This document shows positions 38,690 through 49,140 of a DNA stretch of 64,000 nt, in pieces. The number at the start of each line of letters is the position of its first letter. The stretch's first letter is position 1. Source of the DNA: an uncultured virus (IMG/VR IMGVR_UViG_3300020256_000002) (taxonomy: Duplodnaviria > Heunggongvirae > Uroviricota > Caudoviricetes); IMG/VR virus record IMGVR_UViG_3300020256_000002, positions 1 to 64,000 of that record, one strand, 5' to 3'. The position numbers were made by a program, and so were the translations under genes. Under the pieces are notes generated by a model. It was given only the letters and a program-made list of their open reading frames with translations. It did no database searches and was not told the DNA's origin.

Positions 38690-39450
38690 GGGAAAAGCTA
38701 AAATTCGTATCTAATCGGATTTTAAAATTTCTCGGCAACGCGGCGTTAAGTTTCGCCGCTACCTGCGCTACATTACGTAATAGCGGTTTAGATGTTGCTG
38801 AAGAATCTAAAAACCAAGACGACCAATTGACGGATGTTTCCCCAACACCGTCTACCAAAGAAGTTGTCGCTAACGTAAGTCAAACGAAAGACGTAACGGG
38901 TGTAATGCCCATGTCTGAGTTACCTGTGAGTCTGTACACAGCAGAGTATTTTACCGTGCCGCAAGAGCTACGGTCTTATCCTGCTCTGGTGCAGGCGTAT
39001 CGTAGTGAGTTGTTATTAAGAATACAACAGACGATGAACTGCGAGACGTTCAAGACACAATATGTTTTGGAATCAATGGAGTACTACCTAGCATTGCTTA
39101 CTAGTGGTCAGAAACCTGATTACTTTAAGGGTCAAACGAATTGGCTAGAGGCTTACATGAGGATGGCTGGCATAGTAGCCGCCCAGAATCGGGTTCCCTT
39201 AGCGGAACGGGCTGACATGGTGGGTAGACTAATCAATAACCTGGAGGATGCACCAAGCACACTAGACAATAATAGAGAGTTGTTAGCAGTGATGCGAGAG
39301 ACAGGACGATTACCCAGTAACGCCCCGATAGCGTTATTGGATTTGTTATCGTTCGTTAACCTACCAACCTACTTGAAAAACAGAGTGGAGAGGTATAATG
39401 TCTCTTTTAACTCCAAAATGGAAATACGTGGTGAGTTTTACATAAACTGA
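38686..39450 (+). CDS. Hypothetical protein
   Basis: 254-aa ORF overlapping the helicase stop (ATGA-type coupling). Confidence 0.65.
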   Translation: MREKLKFVSNRILKFLGNAALSFAATCATLRNSGLDVAEESKNQDDQLTDVSPTPSTKEVVANVSQTKDVTGVMPMSELPVSLYTAEYFTVPQELRSYPALVQAYRSELLLRIQQTMNCETFKTQYVLESMEYYLALLTSGQKPDYFKGQTNWLEAYMRMAGIVAAQNRVPLAERADMVGRLINNLEDAPSTLDNNRELLAVMRETGRLPSNAPIALLDLLSFVNLPTYLKNRVERYNVSFNSKMEIRGEFYIN

Positions 39451-39521
39451 GTAGTACCGTAAAACCAACGGAGTCATCAACTAGCAACTCGTTGTCTTAT
39501 CCCCCATTCAGGAGATTTACA

Positions 39522-40607
39522 ATGTTTACAGTTGAAACTGGCTTAATTAGAAAGATACCTATCGTTGAACACTCATCCATTAAAGAAAATGAATTGGCAG
39601 CAATTCTATTAACAACTTGGTCACGGTATAAAATGGAACCGCAAGTGACTGAGCGTTGGGTACAACAAACCTGTAACTATCTAGCTACTATTAGGGAACT
39701 ACTTGGTAGTAATGATACGTCGGTAGCTGTATTTGTAGTTCGCGGATTAGTGTCTGAAGCAAGGCACTTGGAAGAGGACGCACTTCTACGGTTAATCGAT
39801 GAAGTTATAGAGCGTAAGCAACTTGGGGCAGTCCTTAATGTATTAAACCTTAAGGCTGAAACAGGACGCACTTCGAAAGATATTCTTAACGCCTTGGGTA
39901 AAGGCTTAATTGTTGAGTTTAATTCTAAAGAACTTAATGCATTACAGCTTCGCGAAAGGGAAGTTAGGGATGTCGGTTCACTGATGCTATTAACTGGCGT
40001 TAGTGACGATGCGGTAATTGATGAAGAAGAATTAGAGTCTACTCTTCGTGGGTGGGCCGAAAGAAATGTTCCTTGGTATAAAGAGGAAATGACTTTCGAT
40101 AAAGATTCTTTGAAAGAGTTATTGCATACGACTTGCAAGCTAACGCAGTTGCACATTAAGAACATGTCGGAAGAGCAACAGAATCTGCTACGTAGCCATA
40201 CAAGTATGGGCACATTGACTGAGGTGATAGCCAAAATCAAATTACGTAAAGAGATTCTATTCGATGAGTCGGAGATGCAAGAGGATGAACCACAAGTTCA
40301 AACTTATCCGTCGCTGACCATGGAAGGAGTTGCTATCGGCAAGGCTATTGCATATACGCTGGGTCGTATTCCACTTGAGCAAAGAAAAGAAATGTTATTG
40401 AAGCGTCTGATTGAAATTCAAAAGGACCGCTCAATACTTCTATTTTCTAAACCGGGTGAATATGATATTACAACGGCGGAATGTACGCGGCTGTCAGATT
40501 TTGCATCGCGATTCCTGTTCGACCTTATCAGTCGGTTAGAAACGAATGACGCACAATCGTACATCATATCGCTGGTGGAAAGATTGGGATTGCTGGAGCA
40601 AAAGTAA
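39522..40607 (+). CDS. Hypothetical helical protein
   Basis: Start moved to MFTVE, after AGGAG. Confidence 0.7.
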   Translation: MFTVETGLIRKIPIVEHSSIKENELAAILLTTWSRYKMEPQVTERWVQQTCNYLATIRELLGSNDTSVAVFVVRGLVSEARHLEEDALLRLIDEVIERKQLGAVLNVLNLKAETGRTSKDILNALGKGLIVEFNSKELNALQLREREVRDVGSLMLLTGVSDDAVIDEEELESTLRGWAERNVPWYKEEMTFDKDSLKELLHTTCKLTQLHIKNMSEEQQNLLRSHTSMGTLTEVIAKIKLRKEILFDESEMQEDEPQVQTYPSLTMEGVAIGKAIAYTLGRIPLEQRKEMLLKRLIEIQKDRSILLFSKPGEYDITTAECTRLSDFASRFLFDLISRLETNDAQSYIISLVERLGLLEQK

Positions 40608-40737
40608 ATGGTAAATAAAGGGGCTATCAAGCCCCTCTTATTTTTTCTCTTAACATAAAAAAACCTAGACATATATAATACAAATGAACGGGTACCTATA
40701 AGTACCACTTTAAACTACAAGTAAAAGGAAGATAGTA

Positions 40738-41853
40738 ATGAAGCAACATATTTTAAGTAATCTGGTATTTGCTAATGTGTCCAACAGCGTATGTGTTTTC
40801 GCTACCTCTGCGGTTGATGAAAATGATAAAGGCGCAGTGCTCGGTGCATTGAGTTCTATGCCTGAACTTACAAACCGTTACGAGAAAGCATATGTGACTA
40901 CTATTCCGGACGGTGAGACAATCCCGAACGTTAAGGACAACCTTGCCAAAGTTGTGTTACCACTTATCATGCAGAAAGCAATGGCGGGTGACGAAGACAT
41001 CATGGAAGCATTTCAAATCCCCAAAGAAGCGGTGACCCGACTGAATCACAATCGTACCGTGATGACGTTACATGATAAAACACAGCTTTGGACTAAAGGC
41101 GGGATGTTAGAAATGCCGGTAGCGGTACCAGGCGGTGAAATGGCAATACATTACCGCGCAAGTAACTACTATGTTACTGTAACTACCAGCGCCGAAGGGT
41201 CTGAGACCGTGGAAGAGTTTCGCGTGAAACGCCAAGCGGATGTGTTAGGTAAATTTGCTGCGTTGGCACTGGCTCGTTTTGGTGAGCAACCAATTGATTC
41301 AGTGGACGTCAATGTCGCACACACAATTGCCAGTGTCTGCATGACCGAAAGCAATGACATCCCTGAGGTGTTGGAAGACACTCCAGTAATTGAAGGCGCA
41401 AAGAATCCTTCTCCTGAATCATTTGCGCGCACTGCTGTCCTGACACAGCAAACCGCTGAAAAGACCAATGCCCTGTCTGCAAAGACTGAGCCTAAGGTTG
41501 AACTGGAAGAAGGTACTAGTGTGTTCTATCCAAACTCCATCCTTCGTCTAATCAACCACTATGGTCTGGTTTACGTTGGAAGTGGTATGATTGGTAACTG
41601 CTATACCGGTGAAGTCTGCTCGCCTGAGAAAGTAGAGGGTGTTGGCTTAGCCTATCGTATCCATAAACACTTCGGTGTAGACGGTAACGACCTGGTCATT
41701 CCTTACGACATTCTGCAGGATGGTATCCATAGCCGCAATAACTATGAAGTTGCCACGCATCAACAACATATGCGCATTGCCGGTCACAATGACCTTGACT
41801 TCAGCTTCAACGGTAAGCTGTTGCGTGAGATGGTCTGGTGGATACGTGACTAA
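40738..41853 (+). CDS. Hypothetical protein (early-type)
   Basis: 371 aa; AAAAGGA RBS; degenerate early motif at 40669. Confidence 0.7.
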   Translation: MKQHILSNLVFANVSNSVCVFATSAVDENDKGAVLGALSSMPELTNRYEKAYVTTIPDGETIPNVKDNLAKVVLPLIMQKAMAGDEDIMEAFQIPKEAVTRLNHNRTVMTLHDKTQLWTKGGMLEMPVAVPGGEMAIHYRASNYYVTVTTSAEGSETVEEFRVKRQADVLGKFAALALARFGEQPIDSVDVNVAHTIASVCMTESNDIPEVLEDTPVIEGAKNPSPESFARTAVLTQQTAEKTNALSAKTEPKVELEEGTSVFYPNSILRLINHYGLVYVGSGMIGNCYTGEVCSPEKVEGVGLAYRIHKHFGVDGNDLVIPYDILQDGIHSRNNYEVATHQQHMRIAGHNDLDFSFNGKLLREMVWWIRD

Positions 41854-41910
41854 GTAAGTAATAAGTTAGGGGAGTTCATCCCCTTTCTTTTTTTGAGGGA
41901 ATCTGAAAAT

Positions 41911-42237
41911 ATGGACAAGCATCCAATGTTAACGGGGCAGGCTATGGTTAATATCATAGAGCTTGCGGTGAGAACCAGGTCGGAAGATATTCTAAAAGCA
42001 CTTCGCATGACCGACGAGGTAGCGTGGTCGTTAGGTAACCGACGTACACCTTTTGTTACTTACGGGAATGAGTTATGGACACGTCGTGGAATGATAATAA
42101 TTCCAAGTGACCATCGACCTAAAGCATTATCTAAGGAAGCCTTGCTTGAATACGGTGAAGAGTTACTTGCAAAAGGTGAAGACTTGACGCAGAAAGAACG
42201 TACCCACATTCGCTGGGTACTATACATAGACGATTGA
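41911..42237 (+). CDS. Hypothetical protein
   Basis: Start moved to MDKHP. Confidence 0.55.
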   Translation: MDKHPMLTGQAMVNIIELAVRTRSEDILKALRMTDEVAWSLGNRRTPFVTYGNELWTRRGMIIIPSDHRPKALSKEALLEYGEELLAKGEDLTQKERTHIRWVLYIDD

Positions 42238-42283
42238 TTCTCTAGACGACATAAAGTGGGGCGTTTCGGCCCCAGCTTTATTC

Positions 42284-42691
42284 TTATTTTTTTTGGCTGA
42301 AATTCAGAGGGATACGTTCTCTTCGAACACCGCCCGCATTAATACGGTCGTACTCCAACACCTCTGCCCCCAACTTATGTGAAGCAATTGCAATCGACCT
42401 CACGTCTTTTTTCTTAATCTGCGTAATGTCTCTACCAACCATGGTATCAACATAGGCATCTACTCCATTAAGAGTTATATTGGCGGCGGCTAGATACGGC
42501 ATACCGTACTGCTCCACCTTTAACGCTCTTACCATTTTTACATCGAATGTCCAATCATCCACGGCAAAGCGGCGAAGAGTTACTCCGTTGATAATACCGG
42601 AAACTACAACATCTTCGTCATGAGCTATCTTATTATTACTATTCTCCAACCCTGCACGATAGGCCATCCGTAACGCTATTTCGATGTCCAT
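42284..42691 (-). CDS. Hypothetical protein
   Basis: 135 aa; GGAG RBS on the minus strand. Confidence 0.65.
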   Translation of the reverse strand: MDIEIALRMAYRAGLENSNNKIAHDEDVVVSGIINGVTLRRFAVDDWTFDVKMVRALKVEQYGMPYLAAANITLNGVDAYVDTMVGRDITQIKKKDVRSIAIASHKLGAEVLEYDRINAGGVRRERIPLNFSQKK

Positions 42692-42790
42692 TATTTAACT
42701 CCGTTAATTCGCTAAGGACAATAACCGGATAGGGGCTATCATAAAAATACGTCATAAAGGAGAGCTTTCGCCCTCCTTCATTTTTTTGCT

Positions 42791-43090
42791 TTAATCGTAA
42801 TGACTTTCTTCGTCTGCTGTGACGCCATCGTCATAATTTTCTTCAGAATATTCAGCCGGATTTTTACGACTAATCTTACCCACCATATCCTCTGGTAAGT
42901 CAGCGGTGATTTCTTTCCACCAACGCTGATGTTCTTCACGCGTCAGTTTATTAAATACCTTACCACGAGGAACGTAGCGCTTACGAGCCTTACGTTTAGC
43001 ATTGTCCCATGCCTTACCATCACGATGTTTACGCGCCTTGTTAGAGGCATCGATGATGTGTTTGTTTACTTTTTCCAAATAATCCGTCAT
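42791..43090 (-). CDS. Basic/acidic hypothetical protein
   Basis: 99 aa; coupled to the vRNAP gene. Confidence 0.6.
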   Translation of the reverse strand: MTDYLEKVNKHIIDASNKARKHRDGKAWDNAKRKARKRYVPRGKVFNKLTREEHQRWWKEITADLPEDMVGKISRKNPAEYSEENYDDGVTADEESHYD

Positions 43091-44352
43091 GACATTATCT
43101 CACTTAAATCCGCTTCAACCAGTGTCAGTGCACGACCGTGCATTGCTGACATCATGATTCCCATGAATGATGCACCCAAGTTTGCTGCAAGCATACCAAC
43201 TGAACTAGGGTTGATGGCTACAGAGTCACCCACGCAAGTTTCACAGAAATGCGTGCCTTTAGTCTGGCAACCCTGAGGACTACGAAGCAGTACACGAGTA
43301 CCAATAAACTTCTTAGCCATATCAGTCGTTATCTTCTTACCATCTAAAGTAGTACGGCCAACCAGACGGTCGTAACTTTCTTCAGTGAACAATACGCGCT
43401 TACCCACTTTAGACTTGCAATCCTTTTCAGAGATTTTGATGTTCTGGAACATTCGTGACAAGTCTTTAAAGTCAGCACCACCTAAAGCCGTCTCAGCACC
43501 ACGCTTATACGAACCCATACGCAGCGCATTTACCATAGCAGGCATTTGACTGACGTCCCATTCTTCTTCCAGTGAATTGCTCACCAGATTCATTTTGGAT
43601 GGGTCTTCTAAGTCACTCTCACCGCCAAAGATAGAGTACATACGCTTACGGGTAACGTTGTGTGCTTTACCGGACTTGTAGAATACTTCTGTAACATCGC
43701 CAGCAATATATTCTTTATCCAGTTTAGCAAGCGCCGTATCAATCTCAGCAAGAGCCGTTGGGTCATCTAGTCGGTCTTTACGTTCTTCAATTAACTTTTT
43801 ACGCAAAGCCTTAGCCTCTGGGGAGCCCTGTATGGACTTGTGAGAGGTAGGTGCTATAAAGAGTGGCATTATACCAGTTGCCCAAGAAGCAGCCTTGAGG
43901 AAAGCTCTAAGCTCTTGTACCGTGATAACTTCATCCATCAAGGCAGTAACGATTTTGGATTCCAGTGTACCGTATCCAATTACTCCATTGATGAACTCAA
44001 TTTTATCTTCAAAAGCGTGACACAGCATTAATAGGTTAATCAACGCAATACCGTACGTGGTCTTAGTCTTTACCTTTACATTGGGTAAATCGCCCGGTTC
44101 TAATTCAACCACTTCATTAATATCGAGGTAAGGCTTATCGCTTACCCATCCTTCCAATACCACCGGTTGCAATTCTTCATCCAGAATCATAACCTTTGAG
44201 TCTTTGGTGATTACCTGACCTACATGTGCTTCAGGCGTATTCGGTAACCCGTACTCATCAGGTTCAATGATGGCAAAGGTCGAGATTAACATTTTCTTTT
44301 TGGCGTAGAGTTTGTTCTTAGCCAAGAATACAAGAAACTCTTTTCTTTTCAT
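43087..44352 (-). CDS. Virion RNA polymerase beta' fragment (phiKZ gp80-like)
   Basis: GSYKRGAETALGG, DC, LRSPQGC...FCETCVG and MSAMHG, matching beta' bridge-helix, Zn and trigger regions. Confidence 0.82.
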   Translation of the reverse strand: MKRKEFLVFLAKNKLYAKKKMLISTFAIIEPDEYGLPNTPEAHVGQVITKDSKVMILDEELQPVVLEGWVSDKPYLDINEVVELEPGDLPNVKVKTKTTYGIALINLLMLCHAFEDKIEFINGVIGYGTLESKIVTALMDEVITVQELRAFLKAASWATGIMPLFIAPTSHKSIQGSPEAKALRKKLIEERKDRLDDPTALAEIDTALAKLDKEYIAGDVTEVFYKSGKAHNVTRKRMYSIFGGESDLEDPSKMNLVSNSLEEEWDVSQMPAMVNALRMGSYKRGAETALGGADFKDLSRMFQNIKISEKDCKSKVGKRVLFTEESYDRLVGRTTLDGKKITTDMAKKFIGTRVLLRSPQGCQTKGTHFCETCVGDSVAINPSSVGMLAANLGASFMGIMMSAMHGRALTLVEADLSEIMS

Positions 44353-44357
44353 TGCCC

Positions 44358-45248
44358 TTATCCTTCTTCTTTAGGTGGGACGTAATAATGCATCTCTACG
44401 TACGCTACCACCAACGACGCGGTAGTTATAACATCCGTGTCGGTAGTAAATTCTTCAAAGAGCTTCATGATAAACTCACTGGACTCATCCTCATGGCTGG
44501 AATATCGAACCAGGGTTTTCAGTTCCAGTAGCACTTCCTTTATAAGGTCCGTACTTGGTCTCTCACCCAAGCGTTCCACAAATTCGTCAAACAGGAAGTT
44601 GTACGCTGCTTCAAGATTGTAGCCCTGTCTGCGAGAGTTGGTAATCCACTCCCAAACAAAACCCTGTACCTGTGGGATACGTTCATCAATAGCGGGGCGG
44701 TCAAAGTCTACAATTTCTTCCTTGGTGCCATCTAGCACTAGGGTTAGGTTTGTCCAGAACCGGTCACTGACGCTCTCAACAACATTGTAGAAGTCGTAAA
44801 CGTTTCCGCTCTCCATATCCTTAACTACTAAAGATAATGCTTCCACCAGCCGCTCAACACTGTCCTCGTGAATTTCTAACGCATCCAGCAACTCTTCGGG
44901 TTGTTCGTAATGGGTTAAATCTTCAATTCCGTTGACTAATGTATATAGTTCGGTTAGTGACGGGTTGTGGTCCGGATTAAGTACTATGCCATACTCGGTT
45001 AGAATGAACACAAGGTGCTCTACCATACGAGCATTAACTTCTGCCAGTAGGCTAGGGATGTCTGAACTGCTACCAAAGTCGTCAATGACTTTATCCAAAT
45101 CTTCTTCAGCCTGAAGAAAATCCAAACGCATGAAAAGTTCGAGAGTTTTACGGGTAGTTTCGACCCTTTCTGGGTCGTTATTATTTCTAAGCAACTCGCC
45201 TAAAAGCATGACTAATTCCTCTCTAGGGTATTTTTTACTCACACACAT
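44358..45248 (-). CDS. Acidic hypothetical protein, probably virion-associated
   Basis: Co-oriented upstream of the vRNAP fragment; true start may be the internal ATG near 45210. Confidence 0.55.
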   Translation of the reverse strand: MCVSKKYPREELVMLLGELLRNNNDPERVETTRKTLELFMRLDFLQAEEDLDKVIDDFGSSSDIPSLLAEVNARMVEHLVFILTEYGIVLNPDHNPSLTELYTLVNGIEDLTHYEQPEELLDALEIHEDSVERLVEALSLVVKDMESGNVYDFYNVVESVSDRFWTNLTLVLDGTKEEIVDFDRPAIDERIPQVQGFVWEWITNSRRQGYNLEAAYNFLFDEFVERLGERPSTDLIKEVLLELKTLVRYSSHEDESSEFIMKLFEEFTTDTDVITTASLVVAYVEMHYYVPPKEEG

Positions 45249-45299
45249 TTAGTTATGTGGAGAACTAATTTCATTGAATTCATAGTAAAGGAGCAATAG

Positions 45300-45746
45300 A
45301 TGCCCGAATCCAACAATAAAAGAAAGAACGGTAAAAAAGCGACGCAAGGTATAGCACCGGGTGTATCTCGTCGTGACCAGTTCCTTAATGAAGCAGCGGG
45401 TATTCGTGCTGCTTGTTTACAGTTAATTGCCAGTTCTGCCAACATTAGTGTGCTTATTAAAGCAGCTAAAGATAATCCAGACGTCCAACTGGATGAGGCA
45501 AAGGTAGGTGCCCTGGCTAATACCTTAGCTAACGATTTAAAGGTTCTTAAAATTGAGCTGGATAATCTGGTAGCGTCCTGCGATGCAAACATCCGTGAGA
45601 TTACACACACCACGGATGAGCTTACCGTAATGGACATCACCGTAAAAGTTGGTCAGCGCTATCAAAACTGGCAAGACCGTTTCATCAATCTTACCGCCCC
45701 GACCCTGGAAGAAATCACTGAGTTGTGTGGCGGCACAGGAGATTAG
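45300..45746 (+). CDS. Coiled-coil hypothetical protein
   Basis: 148 aa; AAGGAG RBS; promoter at 45236-45258. Confidence 0.65.
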   Translation: MPESNNKRKNGKKATQGIAPGVSRRDQFLNEAAGIRAACLQLIASSANISVLIKAAKDNPDVQLDEAKVGALANTLANDLKVLKIELDNLVASCDANIREITHTTDELTVMDITVKVGQRYQNWQDRFINLTAPTLEEITELCGGTGD

Positions 45747-45752
45747 TAGACA

Positions 45753-47207
45753 ATGGCAGTAAATATCGATAGTAACTCGCCGATAAAGACACTGCATCCC
45801 AAGCCCGAAGGAGCCGCTACTAAAAATGTAGAGGCTTTGAGCTTGTTGAATGTTAGTGCGGTGGATTTCCAAAAGGACATCCAAAAACTTCCAAACATCC
45901 AAAGTGGTAACAGTAACTCGGCTATCTGGTTACAGGCCATCAGCGATGGAATTGAGCATATTGCCAATGGCGATATCTTCCGTCGTCGCCTAGGTGACCC
46001 TGAGGCAGATTGGAGCAACCGTCCGGTCTATGATGGTAAACCTATCACCCCCAACCGTTTACGTCATGGTGACTCCAGTGGCGTTACTAGCGGCGAAGCT
46101 GCGGTACTCAAGGTTAAAGCTCGTCTGGGCTTAGGTTCAATTGTACCTATCCCTCTTTGGCATACCGGTGGCTGGATTACCATCAAGGCTCCAAGCAATG
46201 CTGCTATCCTTGAACTGAATCGCCGTATCGCTGCTGAGAAAATCACCCTGGGCCGTATCACTAACGGCATGGTTTTCTCAAATACCACTATCTACATTCA
46301 GAGCTATCTGATGAACTTTGTTCTGGCTCATGTGTACGATACTACCTTTGGGACGAAAGACCCTGAAGAACTGAAGAAGATTATCCTGACTACCGACCTA
46401 CCAAGTATGGTGTGGGGTATGGTCTGTGCAATGTATCCTGACGGTTACGATTTACGTGAACCTTGTGTGGCACAAATCACCAAGTGTAATCACGTGTCTG
46501 AAGGTCGTGTCAATATTGCTCGCTTACGTGTCATCGATACGTCCAAGCTAAGTGAAAAGCAAATGAAGCACATGTCCAAGCGCAATGGTGCACATACGGC
46601 TGATGAGCTAAAAGCGTATCAGGAAGAGTTTGACTTTCAAACTCGCAATGTCCCCATCAAAGGAGCCGAAGGCTTTACCATGGACATGTCGGTACCGAGC
46701 ATTGCTGAGTATGAACAGGTTGGATTTAACTGGGTTGACTCTACTGTTAACATGGTAGACAAAGCGTTCCGCATTCCTTTAAAAGGTAGTGAGCGTGACC
46801 AGTACATCACCGACCAGGGTCGTCTCGCTACATTGCGTCAATACTCACACTGGATTGGTAAACTGTACATTACTGACGGTGATGAGCAGGACATCATTGA
46901 AGACCGTGATACCATTGACACAGTGTGTTCTGAGTTTTCCACCGATGATACTATTCGTACTTCTATCATGAACAGTATCGGTGAATACATTGAAGACACC
47001 ACCATTGCTATCATTGGTTACCCTAACACTGAATGCCCAGCGTGTGGTTTGCGCTACGGTGACTCAGTGAAAGAAGGTAAAGATGGCGAGCCGGATGAAA
47101 TAGTTAGAAGTGAGGCTGTCCCTGAGTTTATTCCTCTTGACATGACAACCACTTTTTTTACCCTCTGCGGGCAGAGAATCCAAGCGACAGTAACACGACC
47201 CCTGTAG
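45753..47207 (+). CDS. Probable conserved core protein with Cys pairs (possible baseplate-hub/tail-assembly chaperone)
   Basis: 484 aa; YPDGY...PC...C and ECPAC; function is inference. Confidence 0.5.
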   Translation: MAVNIDSNSPIKTLHPKPEGAATKNVEALSLLNVSAVDFQKDIQKLPNIQSGNSNSAIWLQAISDGIEHIANGDIFRRRLGDPEADWSNRPVYDGKPITPNRLRHGDSSGVTSGEAAVLKVKARLGLGSIVPIPLWHTGGWITIKAPSNAAILELNRRIAAEKITLGRITNGMVFSNTTIYIQSYLMNFVLAHVYDTTFGTKDPEELKKIILTTDLPSMVWGMVCAMYPDGYDLREPCVAQITKCNHVSEGRVNIARLRVIDTSKLSEKQMKHMSKRNGAHTADELKAYQEEFDFQTRNVPIKGAEGFTMDMSVPSIAEYEQVGFNWVDSTVNMVDKAFRIPLKGSERDQYITDQGRLATLRQYSHWIGKLYITDGDEQDIIEDRDTIDTVCSEFSTDDTIRTSIMNSIGEYIEDTTIAIIGYPNTECPACGLRYGDSVKEGKDGEPDEIVRSEAVPEFIPLDMTTTFFTLCGQRIQATVTRPL

Positions 47208-47224
47208 TAGACGGTCGTTTTGGA

Positions 47225-47611
47225 TTGGATGATAAGAAGGAGTACGGGCGAGAGCTCGCCTCCCTCTTTGAGACGCAAGAGAAGATATCCACTCCGCTCG
47301 CAAAAATCTTGCAAGTCGAAGCTTACGATACTGATTACGGCATCAGGGATTACGAAGGTAGTGTAACTGGTTTAGACTACGTGAAGATGAATCCTGCAGA
47401 AGAGACTAATGCTAATAGCTTACTGTATGATGCCATACGCAAGTTTGGTAAGCGTAACATCGCTAAAACGTTTGGTTTGTCTTTGACGGATTTTTTAGAG
47501 CTTCCTCGTGACATTGGTGAACACATTATGACTGTTGCCCTTGAGATTGCGAAAGAAAGAAGTGCCTCTATTGAAAACGCCATGGATGAGCTTGACGAAC
47601 ACAAACCTTAA
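47225..47611 (+). CDS. Probable conserved hypothetical protein
   Basis: FGLSLTDFLELPRD motif, reminiscent of baseplate/tail chaperone C-terminal partners. Confidence 0.5.
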   Translation: MDDKKEYGRELASLFETQEKISTPLAKILQVEAYDTDYGIRDYEGSVTGLDYVKMNPAEETNANSLLYDAIRKFGKRNIAKTFGLSLTDFLELPRDIGEHIMTVALEIAKERSASIENAMDELDEHKP

Positions 47612-47628
47612 TTTTGGAGAATCCAGAA

Positions 47629-48309
47629 ATGGGAAAACGTCGTAACCCACAACCGACTGAGACACAGACTACTGAAACTCAAGCGGTTGAAGAAACCCAA
47701 CAGACTGAAGTTCAGTCTACTGAAGAACAAACCGTTGAAGCTACAGTAGAAACCACTGAAACGCAAACTGCTGAAACCACGCCATCAGACGATGACTTGG
47801 CTGCCGGTAGTGCCGTTGAAGAGAACACTGTTGTTGAACAGCCTGGTGCCGGTAAAGCTGACGAAGGTGATGCGGCTGTGGTTGAAACAGAAGAAGGTAA
47901 AGTAATGAACCTGAACTGTGTAACCATCCTTGAGTATGCGAAGCGCATGGCTCCCAACACGCCAAATGACCGCCCGACAATCCTGCGTAGTCAGATGCAG
48001 TTCTATCAGGCAATCATGGCCATCCTGAACAACTTGGAAGGCGCTGCGTTTGTTGAAGCTTACGGTCAAGCCCTGGAAATCATGAACGAGTACTCTGGTA
48101 CGTTCACTGACAACATGGTTTTCCGTGGCATGAACGAAATGCGTATTCCACCTGCTGCTCGCCAGCGTTTTGAAAACATCGTGGTTTTGATGACTTCAAC
48201 CGCTGACCCGCAGAACCGTGCCTCTGCTCTTAAAGCAATCGACTTCAGTGCGTTCTCTAAGAACTTCACTGCTGACGTTGAGCAGAAAATCCGCGCTTTC
48301 TATAAGTAA
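47629..48309 (+). CDS. Hypothetical protein with a T/E-rich disordered N-terminus
   Basis: Low-complexity TETQ repeats followed by a helical domain. Confidence 0.65.
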   Translation: MGKRRNPQPTETQTTETQAVEETQQTEVQSTEEQTVEATVETTETQTAETTPSDDDLAAGSAVEENTVVEQPGAGKADEGDAAVVETEEGKVMNLNCVTILEYAKRMAPNTPNDRPTILRSQMQFYQAIMAILNNLEGAAFVEAYGQALEIMNEYSGTFTDNMVFRGMNEMRIPPAARQRFENIVVLMTSTADPQNRASALKAIDFSAFSKNFTADVEQKIRAFYK

Positions 48310-48353
48310 GCGGCATAAACGAGGGAGGGGCGAAAGCTCCTCCCTTATGTCGT

Positions 48354-48515
48354 CTATGCATATCTTACATGCGTCTTACCATCCGACCACGTATCAATCA
48401 TGTCACCTTTAACGCGTTCGTCAACAATGTATGCGTTGATTAACATTGCCACGGCAATGGCAACGGTGGAGAGGGCTACGGTACGGAAAGCGTGAAGCAG
48501 GAATTTCTTAAACAT
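48354..48515 (-). CDS. Small single-TM protein (53 aa, below the ORF-track cutoff)
   Basis: MFKKFLLHAFRTVALSTVAIAVAMLINAYIVDER...; its stop abuts the hairpin, which has a minus-strand TTATGCCG element on its far side. Confidence 0.5.
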   Translation of the reverse strand: MFKKFLLHAFRTVALSTVAIAVAMLINAYIVDERVKGDMIDTWSDGKTHVRYA

Positions 48516-48608
48516 TATTAATTTCTCTTAAAGCCAAATATTAAACAGACACATATTATTTTGATGCGAGAGTGCATTTAAACAATTACTAAATGAAAGG
48601 AAGGTAAC

Positions 48609-49034
48609 ATGTACAGTATCAAAGTTGTTAACGTATCTAAACCAGATGGTTCTATCTCTCACGAGTTTGCCCCGGTGGAAACACTTGAGTTTAAAGAGAA
48701 GTGGCCCGATTTTGTCAAGTGGGAAGATGGTAAGGCTAAGGGTATTGACTACGATATTCTTGAGCGGGTAGTGAAGACAGAACTCGAGCCCATTATACTA
48801 AGCAGAATTCAGGAACCCAATAAGCGGGTTGTTGAGCTAAAAGTTGATACGGGTGATTATCATATCTTAGTTACCACCATGCGTAACATTGAGAAATATA
48901 GTCAGTGCAGGGACATCTTCAATACTAAGGCGCTTGCCTTGCCTAGTAGCGCCAAAGAGTCATTCACCTATAGTTCCATAAACCGGTTGAACTACATCAC
49001 TTCAGTAACGGTGTTTGAAATTGACCCATGTTAA
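48609..49034 (+). CDS. Hypothetical protein
   Basis: 141 aa; AAAGGAAAGG RBS. Confidence 0.65.
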   Translation: MYSIKVVNVSKPDGSISHEFAPVETLEFKEKWPDFVKWEDGKAKGIDYDILERVVKTELEPIILSRIQEPNKRVVELKVDTGDYHILVTTMRNIEKYSQCRDIFNTKALALPSSAKESFTYSSINRLNYITSVTVFEIDPC

Positions 49035-49059
49035 TTGCCTGTTTTTTAGGCAATAGTAT

Positions 49060-49140
49060 GTAGGGTGTGTTTCTCTCTGGAACCTACGAAGACTGTCCAA
49101 ATGTGGATATCAGAAGGGGCCTAGTGCCCCTTCTTTTTTT
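49060..49140 (+). ncRNA. Candidate ~80-nt small RNA
   Basis: TAGTATGTAG start context identical to 2424-2433; three hairpins, the last a U-tract terminator; no ORF. Confidence 0.4.

Noticed and set aside
47640..47800. ACTGAA-rich repeats
   Set aside because: Coding Thr/Glu/Gln low-complexity region
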